Part shown: piece by piece, positions 25,331 through 37,803 of the stretch
How positions within the stretch are numbered: position 1 is the first letter of the stretch
How the letters are laid out: each line of letters opens with the position of its first letter
Assembly: GCA_020536535.1 (NCBI GenBank)
Contig: JAHLWZ010000856.1
Span: forward strand, 7,677 to 71,676
Origin: Pelomyxa schiedti
Lineage: Eukaryota > Protista > Evosea
Direction: 5' to 3'
DNA length: 64,000 bases
Position numbers and translations under genes: made by a program
The notes under the pieces: generated by a model
What the model was told of the DNA's origin: nothing
Database searches by the model: none
Seen by the model: the letters and a program-made list of their open reading frames with translations, nothing else

Positions 25331-26545
25331 ATGCCACAGTGCTTCTGTCACGGCTGCAACAGGTATTTCTCCACCAATACCACCACAACGACGGTGGTTC
25401 AGCCCCCTGACCACCAGGATGTCACGGCCCTTCGCTGTCTACTGTGTGGTTCTGACTTCGCTGAGGAAGTTGACCCAGAGGACCCCCCTCGGCCACGGCC
25501 ACAACCACAGCCACAGCCGCAGCCACAACGACAACAACAGGAAATCGTCTCCTTCTCGGTGCCCCCTCAATCAACATCAACATTCTCAGGAACTGGGGGA
25601 TCCACGAATTCCACAAGCTTCCCCAATTCGTTCGTGCTGAATTCCAACACTGGGGGTGGGGGAATGACTATCCAAGTGGGTACACTGTCTCCACAGCCAC
25701 TGCAGCCACAGCCACAGCCTGGCATGCCGATGCCTATGCCAGTGCCGCCCCCTGTGCATTGGGGCCAGACTCACTTCATGGTGCACACAAATATGTCTGG
25801 TGGCTTGCCGTTCCAGTTTTACCAGAACCTGCAGAACCTGTTCAATGTCGTTGCGGCAAGGCATGGATTGGAACCGGGGATGGGGATAGGTCCGTTGGGC
25901 CCATTGGGCCCTGGTGGCCTCCCCCAAATGCAGTTTGTCGTCGTCGCTTCTTTTTTTTCTTTTTCTCCCTCGGAGATATATGAGTCTACTAACTTGGGTT
26001 AAAATACCACCAGGCCAGGAGCAACAGGTCTTGCCTCTGATCCCAGAAACTATGCCTGGGGAAACCACTTAAATGAGCTGATGCAGCAGATGTTTGATAA
26101 CAGGTATCTTTCTGCACTGGTTTTTTTTTCTCCCTCTGCTGACCCCTTTACCAATAGTCAAGGGCGAAGTCGACCTGCATCTGCTAGTTCTATTTCTTCC
26201 TTGGCTGTTGTAAAAATCCAGCAGCACCATGTTGGTCAGTTGAATTTATTGTGTTGAAAAACTAACGGCCTTTCTTCACCTATAGATGATAAAGAAGAGT
26301 GCACAATATGTAAGGATGATTACAAAGTAGACGATGAAGTTACTATGCTGCCTTGCAAGCACCTGTTCCACCCAGATTGTATCAAGCACTGGCTAAATAT
26401 GGTCCATTCAATTCACCTCAATTCCTCAACTCCCTGTAGCTGACTTTTTCACTTTTTTAAGCACAACACATGTCCTTCCTGCCGACACGAACTTCCCACT
26501 GATGATCCTGAATATGAGGCACATCGCTCTCATGAGAAGAGCTAA
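25331..26545 (+). CDS. RING-H2 E3 ubiquitin ligase, RNF126/RNF115-like
   Basis: N-terminal zinc ribbon FCHGC...[12 protein letters not shown]; C-terminal CTICKDDY...[37 protein letters not shown]. Confidence 0.9.
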
Positions 26546-26731
26546 ATGCTACTGGGTTTAGAAGAGGAATGGTGATTGGCAATTGGCCATTGGCTTTCTC
26601 GTGGAAAGAGTGAAGCTTCTAGTGGCAAACCTCACCATTCCTTTGCTTGCCGTTTGTACTTAAGTAAAACTTGTCCTCAAAAGAACGCCTCTGTGAATTT
26701 TAAAAGAATTTGGTTTTGCACAAAAGGAGTG

Positions 26732-27649
26732 TTACGAAATACAGCAGTTAGATGGCTCTTTTTTTCTTGGATGAGGGGGTGGATGTTGACTTCGGCGAAT
26801 TTGTCTTACAGTTTCAAAGAAAGCCTGCTCAATATTTATTCTGGTCTTTGCAGAGGTCTCTCTTTAACGGAATGAGTGAAAGAGGATACAGGGTTATAGT
26901 AGAGGGGAAGTATACATAAAAGGAATTTCGAATGATTTAGCCATATCAGCGCCTTCCATTGTTGTGACTTCACGTGAGGTTTCAAGATCACACTTGGTCG
27001 CAACAAGGATCATGGGAATTTTTTCGTTATCTCTTGCTCTTAGCACTTTATCCCTAAACAAGAATGTAAAAAACCTTGAGGTATTGGCGATAGTGCAGTA
27101 CCTGTAGGATGGAATTTCTTTAAAAGAATTACGTGATGTGACACTATAGACAAGTAGAAAAGCCTGGGCCGTTCGTATATACCTGGTACAAGTGTGAGTT
27201 GTTTTTTGTCTGGATTGCTTCGTAAGTTACGAGTCACTCATTGCACTGTATTCTTCCTCACCGGCTATAAAAATTTAGTAAATATGCCGGAAACTGTGGG
27301 AGCCAATACCTGTATCAAGGATATCTAGCAAGCATGGTGCCTCCGAGTCAACTAAACAAGACTTTCTGTAACTGTCCTTTTGTTTTGTTGTTTAGTCTGG
27401 CTGTAATAGTTGAAAACTGTAGTTACTCTGCACCTCTATAGTTGGATCCAGGTCCCCTGCCCAATAACTCAACAAACAATAAGCAATAGAAAAACCAACG
27501 AACCAACGAATGCATTTTGCGTGAACGTTAGAACCAAGGAAGACTTGCCAACTCCCCCACCACCAAGAACAACAAGTTTGTGTTCCTATGCAGTTACAAA
27601 AAAGTCATATAGTTTTTTCATTGAGCACTGCACTCACAGTGACACTCAT
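26732..27649 (-). CDS. Ras-family small GTPase (atypical G3/G4), CAAX = CCIS; absent from the ORF track because of small exons
   Basis: Spliced: MSVTEHKLVVLGGGGVGKSSL...DLDPTIEDSYRK...LDILDTAGEEEYSAM...ILVATKCDL...FIETSAKTRINIEQAF...KKEPSNCCIS*. Confidence 0.9.
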
Positions 27650-27745
27650 GGCTGGTTACTGCGTCCGCTCGGCAGTTTTTTTTTGGTTTGTTTAGTTTGG
27701 AAAAATATCGATGCAGGTTTACTTGAACAAGCGATTATTTTTGAA

Positions 27746-29582
27746 CTAAGTTTTTGAAGGGGAATTGAACTTGAAAAAAGAGGTGATCAGCTTGGTTCCT
27801 TTGGCGGCTGTTTGGTTCCTCTTTTGCTGAATTGCAGCTGTATCTACTCTGGCTCGTTTCTTGGCGCCCTTTTGTGGTTGTTTGTTTGTTTGTTAGTTAG
27901 TTAATTGGGGATGTAATTTACTCCTCACATCACTCTCACTTCCTTGGAGAGGGGAAAATACCGGAACGGCGACCGGCGAAACCGGGTCCCCTATGGCTGC
28001 AAATGCACGAGCTTCCTCGATATCATTGTGGCCTCTCTTATTCATTGGTGGTGCAAGTAAGGAGGAAGATGCGGTTGGTTGGTAGTCTGGTTCACTGAAC
28101 AACCTGTAAGTTTTTTAAATAAATGGAAGGAGGTGTACCCAACAGCTGTGCACAATTTTTTAAACCATTTTTCGTCTAGATATTCAGAGAGGATACCAAG
28201 AGCTGCTCGCGTCAATCCGCTTTCATTGTCCACTGAGAAAAATTAAAACAGAGATTCACTGTAGGCCGATACCTGTTTGACTTACGGCAGCAAAATGCAC
28301 AGAAGACGACCCACTGTAACAGAGTTGTGGTGCCAATTGCTTTACAGCTTGTTTGGTGGCTTCAAATTTCACTCCCATAAGCCACTTCATCACAAGCTCA
28401 TCACTCAGTCGATAGTACAACTCTCCTGCGCCTGAAACTGGAATCAGAGATAAAAGGAATAGAAAGGTACATTCTGATGTGTCACACAGAGTCTTGATCT
28501 TGGTACATGAGCCACGCACCACCTCAGCCAGAGCGGGAAAGGCTTCACAGCATGTGCCGCAAACAGCAGTACTGGATTCACTTGATTCTGATGCAATTTG
28601 AGTTGGAAGAGGACAGTCAAGCAAATCTTCCAGTGCAAGAAAGCTGTTCTGTCTCTATTTGGGTGTCAGTAAAAGCGGATCACAAGGAACGCTAAAGAGA
28701 GATACTTTCTTTTGAACAAGATTCATCAAGGAGAGGCAGAATTACAAACAAAGGGTCTATTGGCGTTGCAATAATCAAAGTACCATCTGGGGTAAAAGCT
28801 TCTAAACGATTTGTAGTTTACACTGTTTTCCTATACCTGAAATGACTTTGTCTCCAATAAACCAAGAAGATGGTGTACAATTAGAAGTCTGCAGCTCAAA
28901 TAACGATATTGTTGATCTCTTAGGTGATGGTGCTGTGTGTATTTGTTCACTACTGGTCGAGACTTGGCTTGAACGAGCTTCTTCCGAAAGTGCAGTGTTG
29001 CTGGGTTCTTTGTTGGATTGTAGAACTGTAGTGTCCTCTGATTTGCTCGGTCTCGTTGCAGATGTTGGCGAGATAGGTGTTGTCAAAGTTTGGTCACCAG
29101 AGCTCGAGGTGTGGCGAGATTCCGAATTTGGACAAGTGGCAGCCTCACACGAGGTGGATTCCACCAAAATGCATTGCAAACACCGGTCGGCTGCCTGAGG
29201 GCCTGTCAATTCCCACTCTTCGTTAGGTGCATCAACAAACTGATAAGGTTGAAAAGAGGGAGGCTAATCCTCACATGGAGCGTGAAAGAATTTCGGGTTG
29301 GGCAGGGCAACGACTCTAAACGGCTTATTCTCATCAAGTGTCAGACCTGTGCTCATTAACAACAACAACAACAACAACAAAAAAAAAAAGCAGCAAACCC
29401 TGGGGTGCTATTAATACGCGGCGCTGGCGGCGATCTGCCATGCACCCGTCGTCCCGCCGCTGGCTCGACGACGTGGTCGTAGTGCGAGAGGCCAAGGAGG
29501 GAGGCGCAGTCCCAGAGGGCGTGGGTTCGTCAGCCTCGCTGCTCTCGCCACCACTGTCGGACGAGAAGTCGCTCCCACTCAT
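27746..29582 (-). CDS. RNASEH2B: Ribonuclease H2 subunit B
   Basis: LFELQ...SSWFIGDKVISDGTLIIATPIDPLFVILPLL; YYRLSDELVMKWL; C-terminal PIP-like KGTKLITSFF. Confidence 0.85.
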
Positions 29583-29758
29583 TTGATGGCGAAATCTGCA
29601 ATCTGGTCTCGGTGCTGGGGATGATGAGCTGTACCCCTCCTGGAGGAGGGTAGCTGCTAAAAGGACATTACATTGGTGGCGCGACATAAATGGGGACAAA
29701 GGTGTGACCTGGGAAAGAAAATAACCCTAGTTTTGTTGTGGTTGGGATTAGTGGCATT

Positions 29759-31161
29759 TTATATGAGATGCTCAGCTGTTGCAAAAGTCTGCAGGTTGAA
29801 GGGGGAAAAGACTCCCTTCTCAGAAATAATGGCACTCACTAGTGTGGGTGGAGTGATATCGAAGGCAGGGTAGAATCCAGAAATACCCTCCTTAGCTGTG
29901 CGCACTCCCATAAAGCCGAGTGACTGAACTATGCGTTAGAGAGCGGAAGGAGGGATGGAGGTACCTCAGTTGGATCCCGCAGCTCAATGTGAACATCGTT
30001 GACTGTGGGGTGCAGAGGAGAGGGTTCCCGCATGCAGTAAAACGGAATCTTGTGGTAATGTGCAGCAAGAGCAATTTGGAAAGTTCCGATTTTGTTGACC
30101 ACATATCCGTCAAGGGTGATGATGTCAGCAGCACAAATGAAAACGTCGACCATTCCTCGAGACATTACGTAGGCTGGCATGTTGTCTGTGATTACAGTTG
30201 TAGGTATCCCAAGGTCATGCGCGCAACTGGCTGTAAGACGTGCTCCTTGTAAGAATGGCCTTGTTTCCGGGCATATGATAGAAATCTGCTTTTGGTAAAC
30301 AAGAAGTAACTAAACACATGCTGAACATTTTTGCCGGCTTCTTTAGCAAGAAGCAGTGTGAATGCTATATAAGTATCTGCAAAGCATTGGGTCAGAATTC
30401 GACAATTCTGAGGTAGGAGTTTCACAACATTGGCAGCACTCCTTCTAGCCTAATCCAAAGCACCAATGAGGTCAATGAGAAAGAGTAGTGTGCTATACTG
30501 ATGAGTAACTTGCATCCAGCCACTTTAAAACATGAGCTGCTGTGGCAGCTTCATAATCCTCACCATTAGACAGAGCCTAGTGATGGGGAAAATTTATCCA
30601 AAATGGTGAGAGTGAATTGAGACTCACGGCAATAGCTACAGTTTTTAGCTTGTTAACATGTTTTTCCATTGTGGCTGAAGTAGTTGGCCGGGCATGTGAC
30701 AATTTGTATGCCGCCGTCTCAAGGAATTCCTTAGCCTGATCCAAAGCCTACGAATGGGAAAAGAGGAGTCAGTTCTAGCCCCATCTCCGCAGAAAAAAAG
30801 AGTCGAACCAGCGGCTTGGACAGTCTTGCAGCCAGAACCATACCCTGAGCAACAGCCACATATGGCCCCAAACTCTGTGTCACCATGTCTCTTACAGCGT
30901 TGGCAACATCTTCTACACTGCGGCACACCACGAATCTGCCTTGTGCGTCAATACACACTTCACACAAATTAAATAAATAAAAATAATGCAAAAGTAACAA
31001 CAGAGCAGGGCAATATGCCAAAAAAAAAAAAAAAACAAGTACTCAGTTCGTGCAGGGTAGCAACGCCTATCGAGGATAGAAACCGTCGACGTGGCACTAT
31101 CAAACCTCGCCACGTTGTCATATCTAAGCAAAAACGGCATGCCTGCGTCCATGTGCTCCAT
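29759..31161 (-). CDS. Methylthioribose-1-phosphate isomerase-like (eIF2B alpha/MtnA family), atypical bacterial-type subfamily, intron-containing
   Basis: SILDRRCYPA, AVRDMVTQSLGPY, LTQCFAD, ETRPFLQGAR, AADIITLDGYVVNKIGTFQIALAA, IELRDP, YPAFDITPP. Confidence 0.85.
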
Positions 31162-31389
31162 CTTATTCTTCGAAACTGGTTTTATTGTTAAGAAGATAGC
31201 AGATTATAAGAAGTTGAAAAAGGCAATTGTTTGGACACTTGCACTAAACCAGGTTGTTGGACCTGTGGTTTGTGGTGAATTCGGTGCCGTCGTGTGGTGG
31301 TATTGGTTTAAATATAGGCCAAGGCATAAACCCCCAAATAATATTCCTGTGTGGTGTATTAGCTTGGTGTTGTATAAAGGTGATTGGGG

Positions 31390-32542
31390 CTACATGTTTG
31401 GAGGGACCCAGAAGAAGTCATGGAGATTTTTGTTGATCCCAAGATTGAAGCTATTTACAAATCTCTGAAGGGCAAGTTGGGAGAGAGTTTCTCAGTACAA
31501 AGATAATACCTCGCCTTTCTCTTTCAAGTACTGTCTTTCTTCACTGTTGATGTAAAACTCTATAGTTGTTTGGTTTGTGACCAGCAGAAAGACTTGCCAC
31601 AGAAGTAGTGCTAGCACAGCAAAGGAAACACTCAAACAGAGTACATAGACAAAACTGGCAAAGCCACCTTTTAGAGTGTCCCGAAGGTACTCCTTAATGG
31701 AAAAGTCAATGGCGGAAAAGGAAGGAAGAATATCCTTACATGCCCGCTAGTTGTCACCATAATAGGTAACCCCATTGAGGCAATAATTGCACAACCGGTC
31801 ACCATGTAAACAAGAAAGAGCAGAAAAAATCTGTGGTTGAAGAATCCAACACAATTTGATACCCACACTAGAAACAGTAAAACAACATATTTGAGCATCT
31901 CGGGAAAAAGATTACCACAATGATGATCCATTCTCAGAACGCATCTGGTACACATAAGGCAAACAAAATAGAGAATAGAGCTTACCTTCCACACACTGAG
32001 CAGTGATGAGTCCTTGGCGGCTTTGCTAGTTTACCTAAGCAAGAGGGAGTTAATGAAAGCTGACACATTAGGTGCCCACAAGGTTTTTTTTATTGTGTAC
32101 ATTTTTTGCACCTGGGCCATTTGGGAGAACTCTGAGTTTCAATCGATGGTGGCATCCCAGGGTCAACAAGGACTGCCATTCTAGTAAAAAGAATTAAGAG
32201 AATTCATGGGAGCATCAAAGACCACAACAACTAGTTGGCACGCAAAGGGAATAATTAAAGAGCAACAGCAGTATAGAATAGAACCAGGCATTAGAAAGAA
32301 ATGCACTAGTACGCGTAGTTGGAAGCTATCCCCCAGGCCACGAGGGCATTGGAAGCAATGAACAACAGAGACACAGGGAATCGGGACCACGGCGTGATGC
32401 CCCACCACGGCAGAGTCACGAAGAAATGAGCCCACGCGCACAGCGGCACCAGAACACACACGCTCACGACCAGAATTGGCCCCAGGCAACGCGACCCGAG
32501 CCCCGACACGCCCCGGACAACTTCGGTCACCCTGTCGATCAT
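31390..32542 (-). CDS. DHHC palmitoyl acyltransferase
   Basis: [38 protein letters not shown] and TNQTTIEFY. Confidence 0.92.
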
Positions 32543-32844
32543 AAGTACCCTCCGCGCAGGGGTGTTAAACCCAATTCTGGGTCAAACAGAGCAGAAAGAC
32601 AGAAATAGAGCTTGTTAAGATGGGAAGAAACTCTACCACCAGCCCTTCATGAATCACTTGAAGATCTGGAGCCACGAGGAAGTGTGGCAGGCGATCAAAA
32701 GACCTTCCTAGAACCGCTGTAAAAGAAAAGCACAAAAAAAGGAAAAGAAAGCATCAACATCATCAGAGGTGCCTACGCCGACAACAAACAAAACAAACGA
32801 CAACAAAGTGTTTCGTTCCATTCCTTTATTTAAGTGTTGTTTAG

Positions 32845-34427
32845 ATGTCGACTAAACTTGCGGACAAGATCCCACCGGAAAAGGTGAAACCAATTCTTGA
32901 CGCTCTATTGGAGGAGGACTGCAACAAAATATGCGCAGAATGTCACTCCAGAGGTTTTTTTTTTTTTGTTTTTCTGTAGTGATGGTATGTCTAATTTATA
33001 TTCTTGGCTCTTAGGCCCTAGGTGGACCAGCACTAACCTTGGTGTTTTCATATGCATTAAATGTGCGGGTGTTCACCGGTCAATGGGAACGCATATCTCC
33101 AAAGTCAAGAGTGTGTCTCTGGATGGCTGGTACCCATACCAGCTTGCTGTGAGTTTTACTTTTCCCCTTAAAGACTGCTTATATATGTGCAGACTCTCCA
33201 AAAACTTGGAAACCACAAGGCGGCACTCATATGGGAAGCCAACGTACCATCCGAGTGGCACAGACCATCAGATTCTGATCAATAGTAGCAATTTTTGTCA
33301 AAAAGGAGTCACCTCATTTGTTTTTTTAGTGCTCTTGAGCAGTGGATCCGAACAAAATATGAAAGAAGGGAGTTCTTCAGTAGAACAGCTGCCGAAGATA
33401 TCCTTCCCGAGGTAACAAAGTTAGAAGCACACTACCCTCTCAAAAATCCAGCTTGCAGATGATCCCTATGCTGGGGCAAGAGCCGCAGATGTTTCTGTTT
33501 CCTCAGTCCGGTCTAAGGTATCTCTTTTACATGTCGTTTTCATCTTACAATCTCGTAGTCCGCACCAATCAAGGAGCCCACCCGTAAACCAATCCCAGAG
33601 CCTGTTGTTTCCAAGCCAACGCCGGAGCCAGTAACCCCAGCTAAGCCAGTCTCTACAGGCAAGCCAGTCTCAGCCGGGCCTGATCTTATTCAGTTTGCAC
33701 CAGCACCACCGAAAGACGAACTTGCAGAATTATTTCACCAAAGTATGCGTCAGTATTCACGTACTTAGGCACTAATGTTAGAAGCACCAACGCAGGGGAC
33801 ACCAAATTTGATTAACATGGGACAGCCAAGTACACCAAACTTGATAAATATGGGACCAGCAGCCTCTCTTACACCGCAACAAATGATGCAACTGCAACAG
33901 CAACAATTACTGCAACAGCAACAGATGATGCAACAACAATTAATGCAACAACAACAGCAACAACTAATGCAGAGATCAGGGATGACCACAGACCAGAAGA
34001 TGACAAAAGATCAGATAATGATGCTCTATGGCAACTCTGGAACTGGAACTTCAACCATCCTCCCTACAACTCAAACAGCGCAAACTTCAGGTAAACCTAG
34101 AGGCAACTACAATGTCGATCTTAGTGCCCTCACTGGTGTTCAGCGGCCACAACAAACACCAGTGACCGTACCAACCTACCCTGTTTATACGTACGTGCTT
34201 TTTCCACTTTCCATAATTAACTTTTCTCCTTCCAAAACACAACAAACAACAAAACCAAACAGAAATCCTAATGTGATGTATACCCAAAACACCACTGGCT
34301 ACCAGACCCCAGTTTACTACCAGCCGCCCACCCCTGGACACTATGGGTACTTACCCCTATGTTTTGAGCACATGTTTATCTTGTTACTGACTCTGCCAAA
34401 AAAAAAAAAAGGTTCAAGAAAGTATGA
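32845..34427 (+). CDS. ArfGAP, SMAP/AGE2-like, with Gln/Pro-rich tail
   Basis: [47 protein letters not shown]; WIRTKYE. Confidence 0.9.
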
Positions 34428-34574
34428 CCCTGGTGTAGGGCCCATTGCCTTTTTGCAAACCCCAACTGACAACAAACCAAACCGTTTTGCCAAAACCAAA
34501 TAGACTTTTATTTTCTCTTACTCCTCTTGCTAATTTCGTTTTTCCTGCCGTTTGTTTTTGGTTTTTTTTTGGTG

Positions 34575-37026
34575 ATGTCGTCCAGTGCATCGACACACCG
34601 CGAGTCGGTGACGACGACGGGATTCTCGGGAACGACGACGTCGGTGGTGCACGGGGTCACGGACCGGCGGCGCCGCGAGGTGGAGACCATCAGGAAGAGC
34701 GACCGGCTGCGGATCCTGTCGTCCAAGCGGCCCCGCACCACGCCCCCCTTCGCGCCCTCCTTGCCCTCTGCCTCCTCCTGCGCGGCCACGCACGAGGCAC
34801 CGGGCGGGGCGACCGGGAGCAGCAGCGAAGCCACGGGCACAGGGTATGCTGCCGCCACTAGTTCTACTGCGAGCGCAACGGGGACGGGGACGGGGTCGGG
34901 CACGGGAACGGCGAGCTGGAGCGGAGGCGGCGGGATGGGGGTCACCACGGGGTGCGGGGCCAGCGAGCACAACGGGGGAGGCGGGGGTGCGAGCACGGGG
35001 AAGCACACGGGGATGGAATTGGACCATGGTGTGGGGTGTTTTTTTTTTTTTTGTTTGTTTGTTGTTGTGCTTGACCCAGTAACTCCCCTCCCTAGGTCCC
35101 CATGTTTCTTTTCTCCCTAGTGGTGGGGCTCCTATGCTGATGAAATCGGAGGGGACAACTGCGGACCAGCGTGCCGCGTCTGCAATTGCAATGCTGTCAT
35201 CACCATCCCTTCCACAACAGAAATGTGGGATGGACACACTTTGCCGTATGATGTCTGATACCTTTGAACCCCCCATTGATAAAGTCACCCAGCCCGCTAC
35301 AATGCAAAGAATCCTGGTAGCACCGTGATTTACTTTGAATATATTAACTTTTCCCGCAAATAGAGCTATTTGACCGGAACTGATGCGGACTTGCAGCTGT
35401 ATGCTACATGGTGCATTACAAGTAACACACCACCTCAGTGCTTTGTGTTCCCCTAACCGTACACCCAGATATTGCTGCAATTGGATCTCACGAACAAACA
35501 CAATCTATAATGCTTGCAGCACCTTATCTTATTGCTTTTCTTTCATGCCCAAATGCAGTTTCTTTCCAGTAGCTATGCTTCTACTTTGCTCAATAGAATT
35601 TAGGCACTCCAAGAACAAGCAAGTTGGGCACTTGGTAACATAGCTGGTGACAGTATCACGTTTAGAAATACAATTCGTGCAAACGGAGCTATTCTTCCAT
35701 TAGTCTCTCTGTTGAAATCAAAGGTATGTGGTATTTATTCTGAAGAGGGAAGAAAACCCAAAAAATGCAAGGTACCAAGTGTTGTTCACACAGCAGCATT
35801 TGCTTTGAGCAATCTCGCAAAGGGGCCTGTTCCTAAAATTGGAGACTTCTTTTCAGCTGGAATTGCTCCTCTCCTTGTGTCCTGCTTCAGTTCCTCCGTT
35901 GCTAGTATTCTCCTCTTGCCTGCTCTCACACGCACACAGGATTCTTCCGTGCTTATCGAGATCGCATGGCTTTCCACCTATATGGTTGCATCAGAAGAGA
36001 CATATGCAAACCAACTTTTGGAGGCTGGGTTTTTTCCTGTACTGGTGTGAATTTACTGGGTTCCCTTCTGTTACCACTCCTCCCTTATTCTAACAACCCT
36101 GATTCTCACAACTTGTTCAGGTTAATACATTCGTTAATGCCGCACTTGATGAGCTCATCATCCCGTGTCTGAGAATCCTTGGTATGCATCTTAGGAAAAA
36201 AATATAGCCTTTCCAACCTACTAGGTAATTACATATGCCAGCAAACAAATGGTGATGACTTTACAAAGGCTTTGGTCTCAGATCCCAGGATGATTGATAC
36301 TTTCAAGCGTTTGATTACATCCACAAACACAAAGTTTATCCCATTTGAACTTGATTACAAGGCTTAGTCAACAATCACAGTACTGTGTTGAAAGAATGTG
36401 CATGGGTAATTTCCAACGTAGCTGGTGGATTAGAAGAATATTCTGATACACTGATACGAGAAGGATTTTTACCACCAATGGTTGAAGTTTTGGCAACAGC
36501 CAATTTTGATGCCAGAAAAGAGGTCCACTTACTTGGAAGAAGACCTGTTAGCTAACATGCACAAGATGAGCTATGCAATTGCGAATCTATGTAGAGAGAA
36601 ACACGTAGAACTCGTAGTTGCAGCTGGTGCCATCTCCCCAATGTGTGAGCTCCTGGAGTCAAGTGCTCACGATAATGAAGTTCCCGATGTAATTATGTTC
36701 TTCTTGGACCAAGTCATGCACTTCCATCCCCAAGTATTAACCCCACCCAGAGCATTCTTTATTTCACTAACTACCACAACAGGGTACTACCTTGGTTGAG
36801 GAAGCTGGAGGCATCAGTGCTTTGGAGACACTACACTTCCACAAAAATCCTGAGCTCCATAGAAAAGCCTCTGCCCTTATTGATAAATACTTCACAGAAG
36901 AAGAACCTGAGGTACAAATTCCCACTATTGCGGAGAACTAACAAGCCAAAAACACAGAACCCATTTGAGGACGACGAGGACACCAGCACACCCTATCCCG
37001 CTTGGCGGTTAACTGAAAAGAGTTGA
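34575..37026 (+). CDS. Importin-alpha-like ARM-repeat protein (IBB-like N-terminus; TMCO6/KPNA-like)
   Basis: RRRREVETIRKSDRLRILSSKR; ARM motifs WALGNIAGDS, AAFALSNLAKG, EIAWLSTY, KECAWVISNVAGG, YAIANL. Confidence 0.8.
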
Positions 37027-37087
37027 TGAAGTCCGAAGTGCGAGCGGGTCACCCTCGAATCTCTGAACTTAGATATACCCGAAAATT

Positions 37088-37249
37088 TATTGGACGTTTC
37101 AGTCAAAAACCCGCCACACAAACAAAAAACGAGAACTATCATCAAAATCAAACGAAATGCACTGGGTGCGCCCAGTGGATAAACTTGTTTTTTGTTGGTT
37201 GTTTTTATTTTTCATTCATTATGCCGTTTTTTGACTGAAACGTCCAATA
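37088..37249. mobile_element. MITE-like foldback 1 (~160 bp), possibly with TA target-site duplication
   Basis: tattggacgtttcagtcaaaaa (37088-37109) is the exact reverse complement of tttttgactgaaacgtccaata (37228-37249). The inner arms pair imperfectly. No coding capacity. Confidence 0.6.
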
Positions 37250-37384
37250 GCTCCAATTACTAAACTGCCATTGAAGTGCTCGAATTGTTCATCGCCACAC
37301 CCGCCGAAAGTTTTCGGCGACGATCATTTTCGCAGACCATCATGTGTCGTGGTTTTAGGTGCCGGAACGAACTTTTTTACCGAC

Positions 37385-37606
37385 GGGGTTAGTCCGACTG
37401 TGGGTAGTGCCCACTTGTAATGTTTTCGCAGCAGTACCACGCCACCGCACAACTGCATTAGAATCCGACGTAACAACAATTTCTACCTGTAATTTTCTTT
37501 TTCAAATTGTTCATTGAAATTCCTTCAATTTGGAGTTGGGAATTGGCTGAATAAAAAAAACACGAAAACATTACAAGTGGGCACTACCCACAGTCGGACT
37601 AACCCC
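37385..37606. mobile_element. MITE-like element 2 (222 bp) with perfect 44-bp terminal inverted repeats
   Basis: ggggttagtccgactgtgggtagtgcccacttgtaatgttttcg (37385-37428) is the exact reverse complement of 37563-37606. The interior is AT-rich and non-coding. No clear TSD. Confidence 0.75.
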
Positions 37607-37803
37607 TAAGTAGGAAAGCCTACTTCCTCCCACAGTTCGCCAGACATCCACCGACTGCACCTCAGCCGATTTGCACATACATGCACCCGGAGAAGCATGA
37701 CTTGAACCTTCCACACTGAATTACACCTTCCACGTGCAGGCTCATAAGCGCGAGCAACACACACAACATTCACCTCTTATCCATCCTTGATAACAAGTCA
37801 ACA

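Noticed and set aside
26732-26800. Suspected frameshift before the Ras CAAX
   Set aside because: Recounting the A-run shows CCIS* is in frame.
34508-35501. Long antisense ORFs (e.g. 323 aa) over GC-rich exons, also at 13200-14378, 38133-39371 and 51060-51712
   Set aside because: Shadows of GC-rich or low-complexity coding sequence on the other strand or frame; no motifs.
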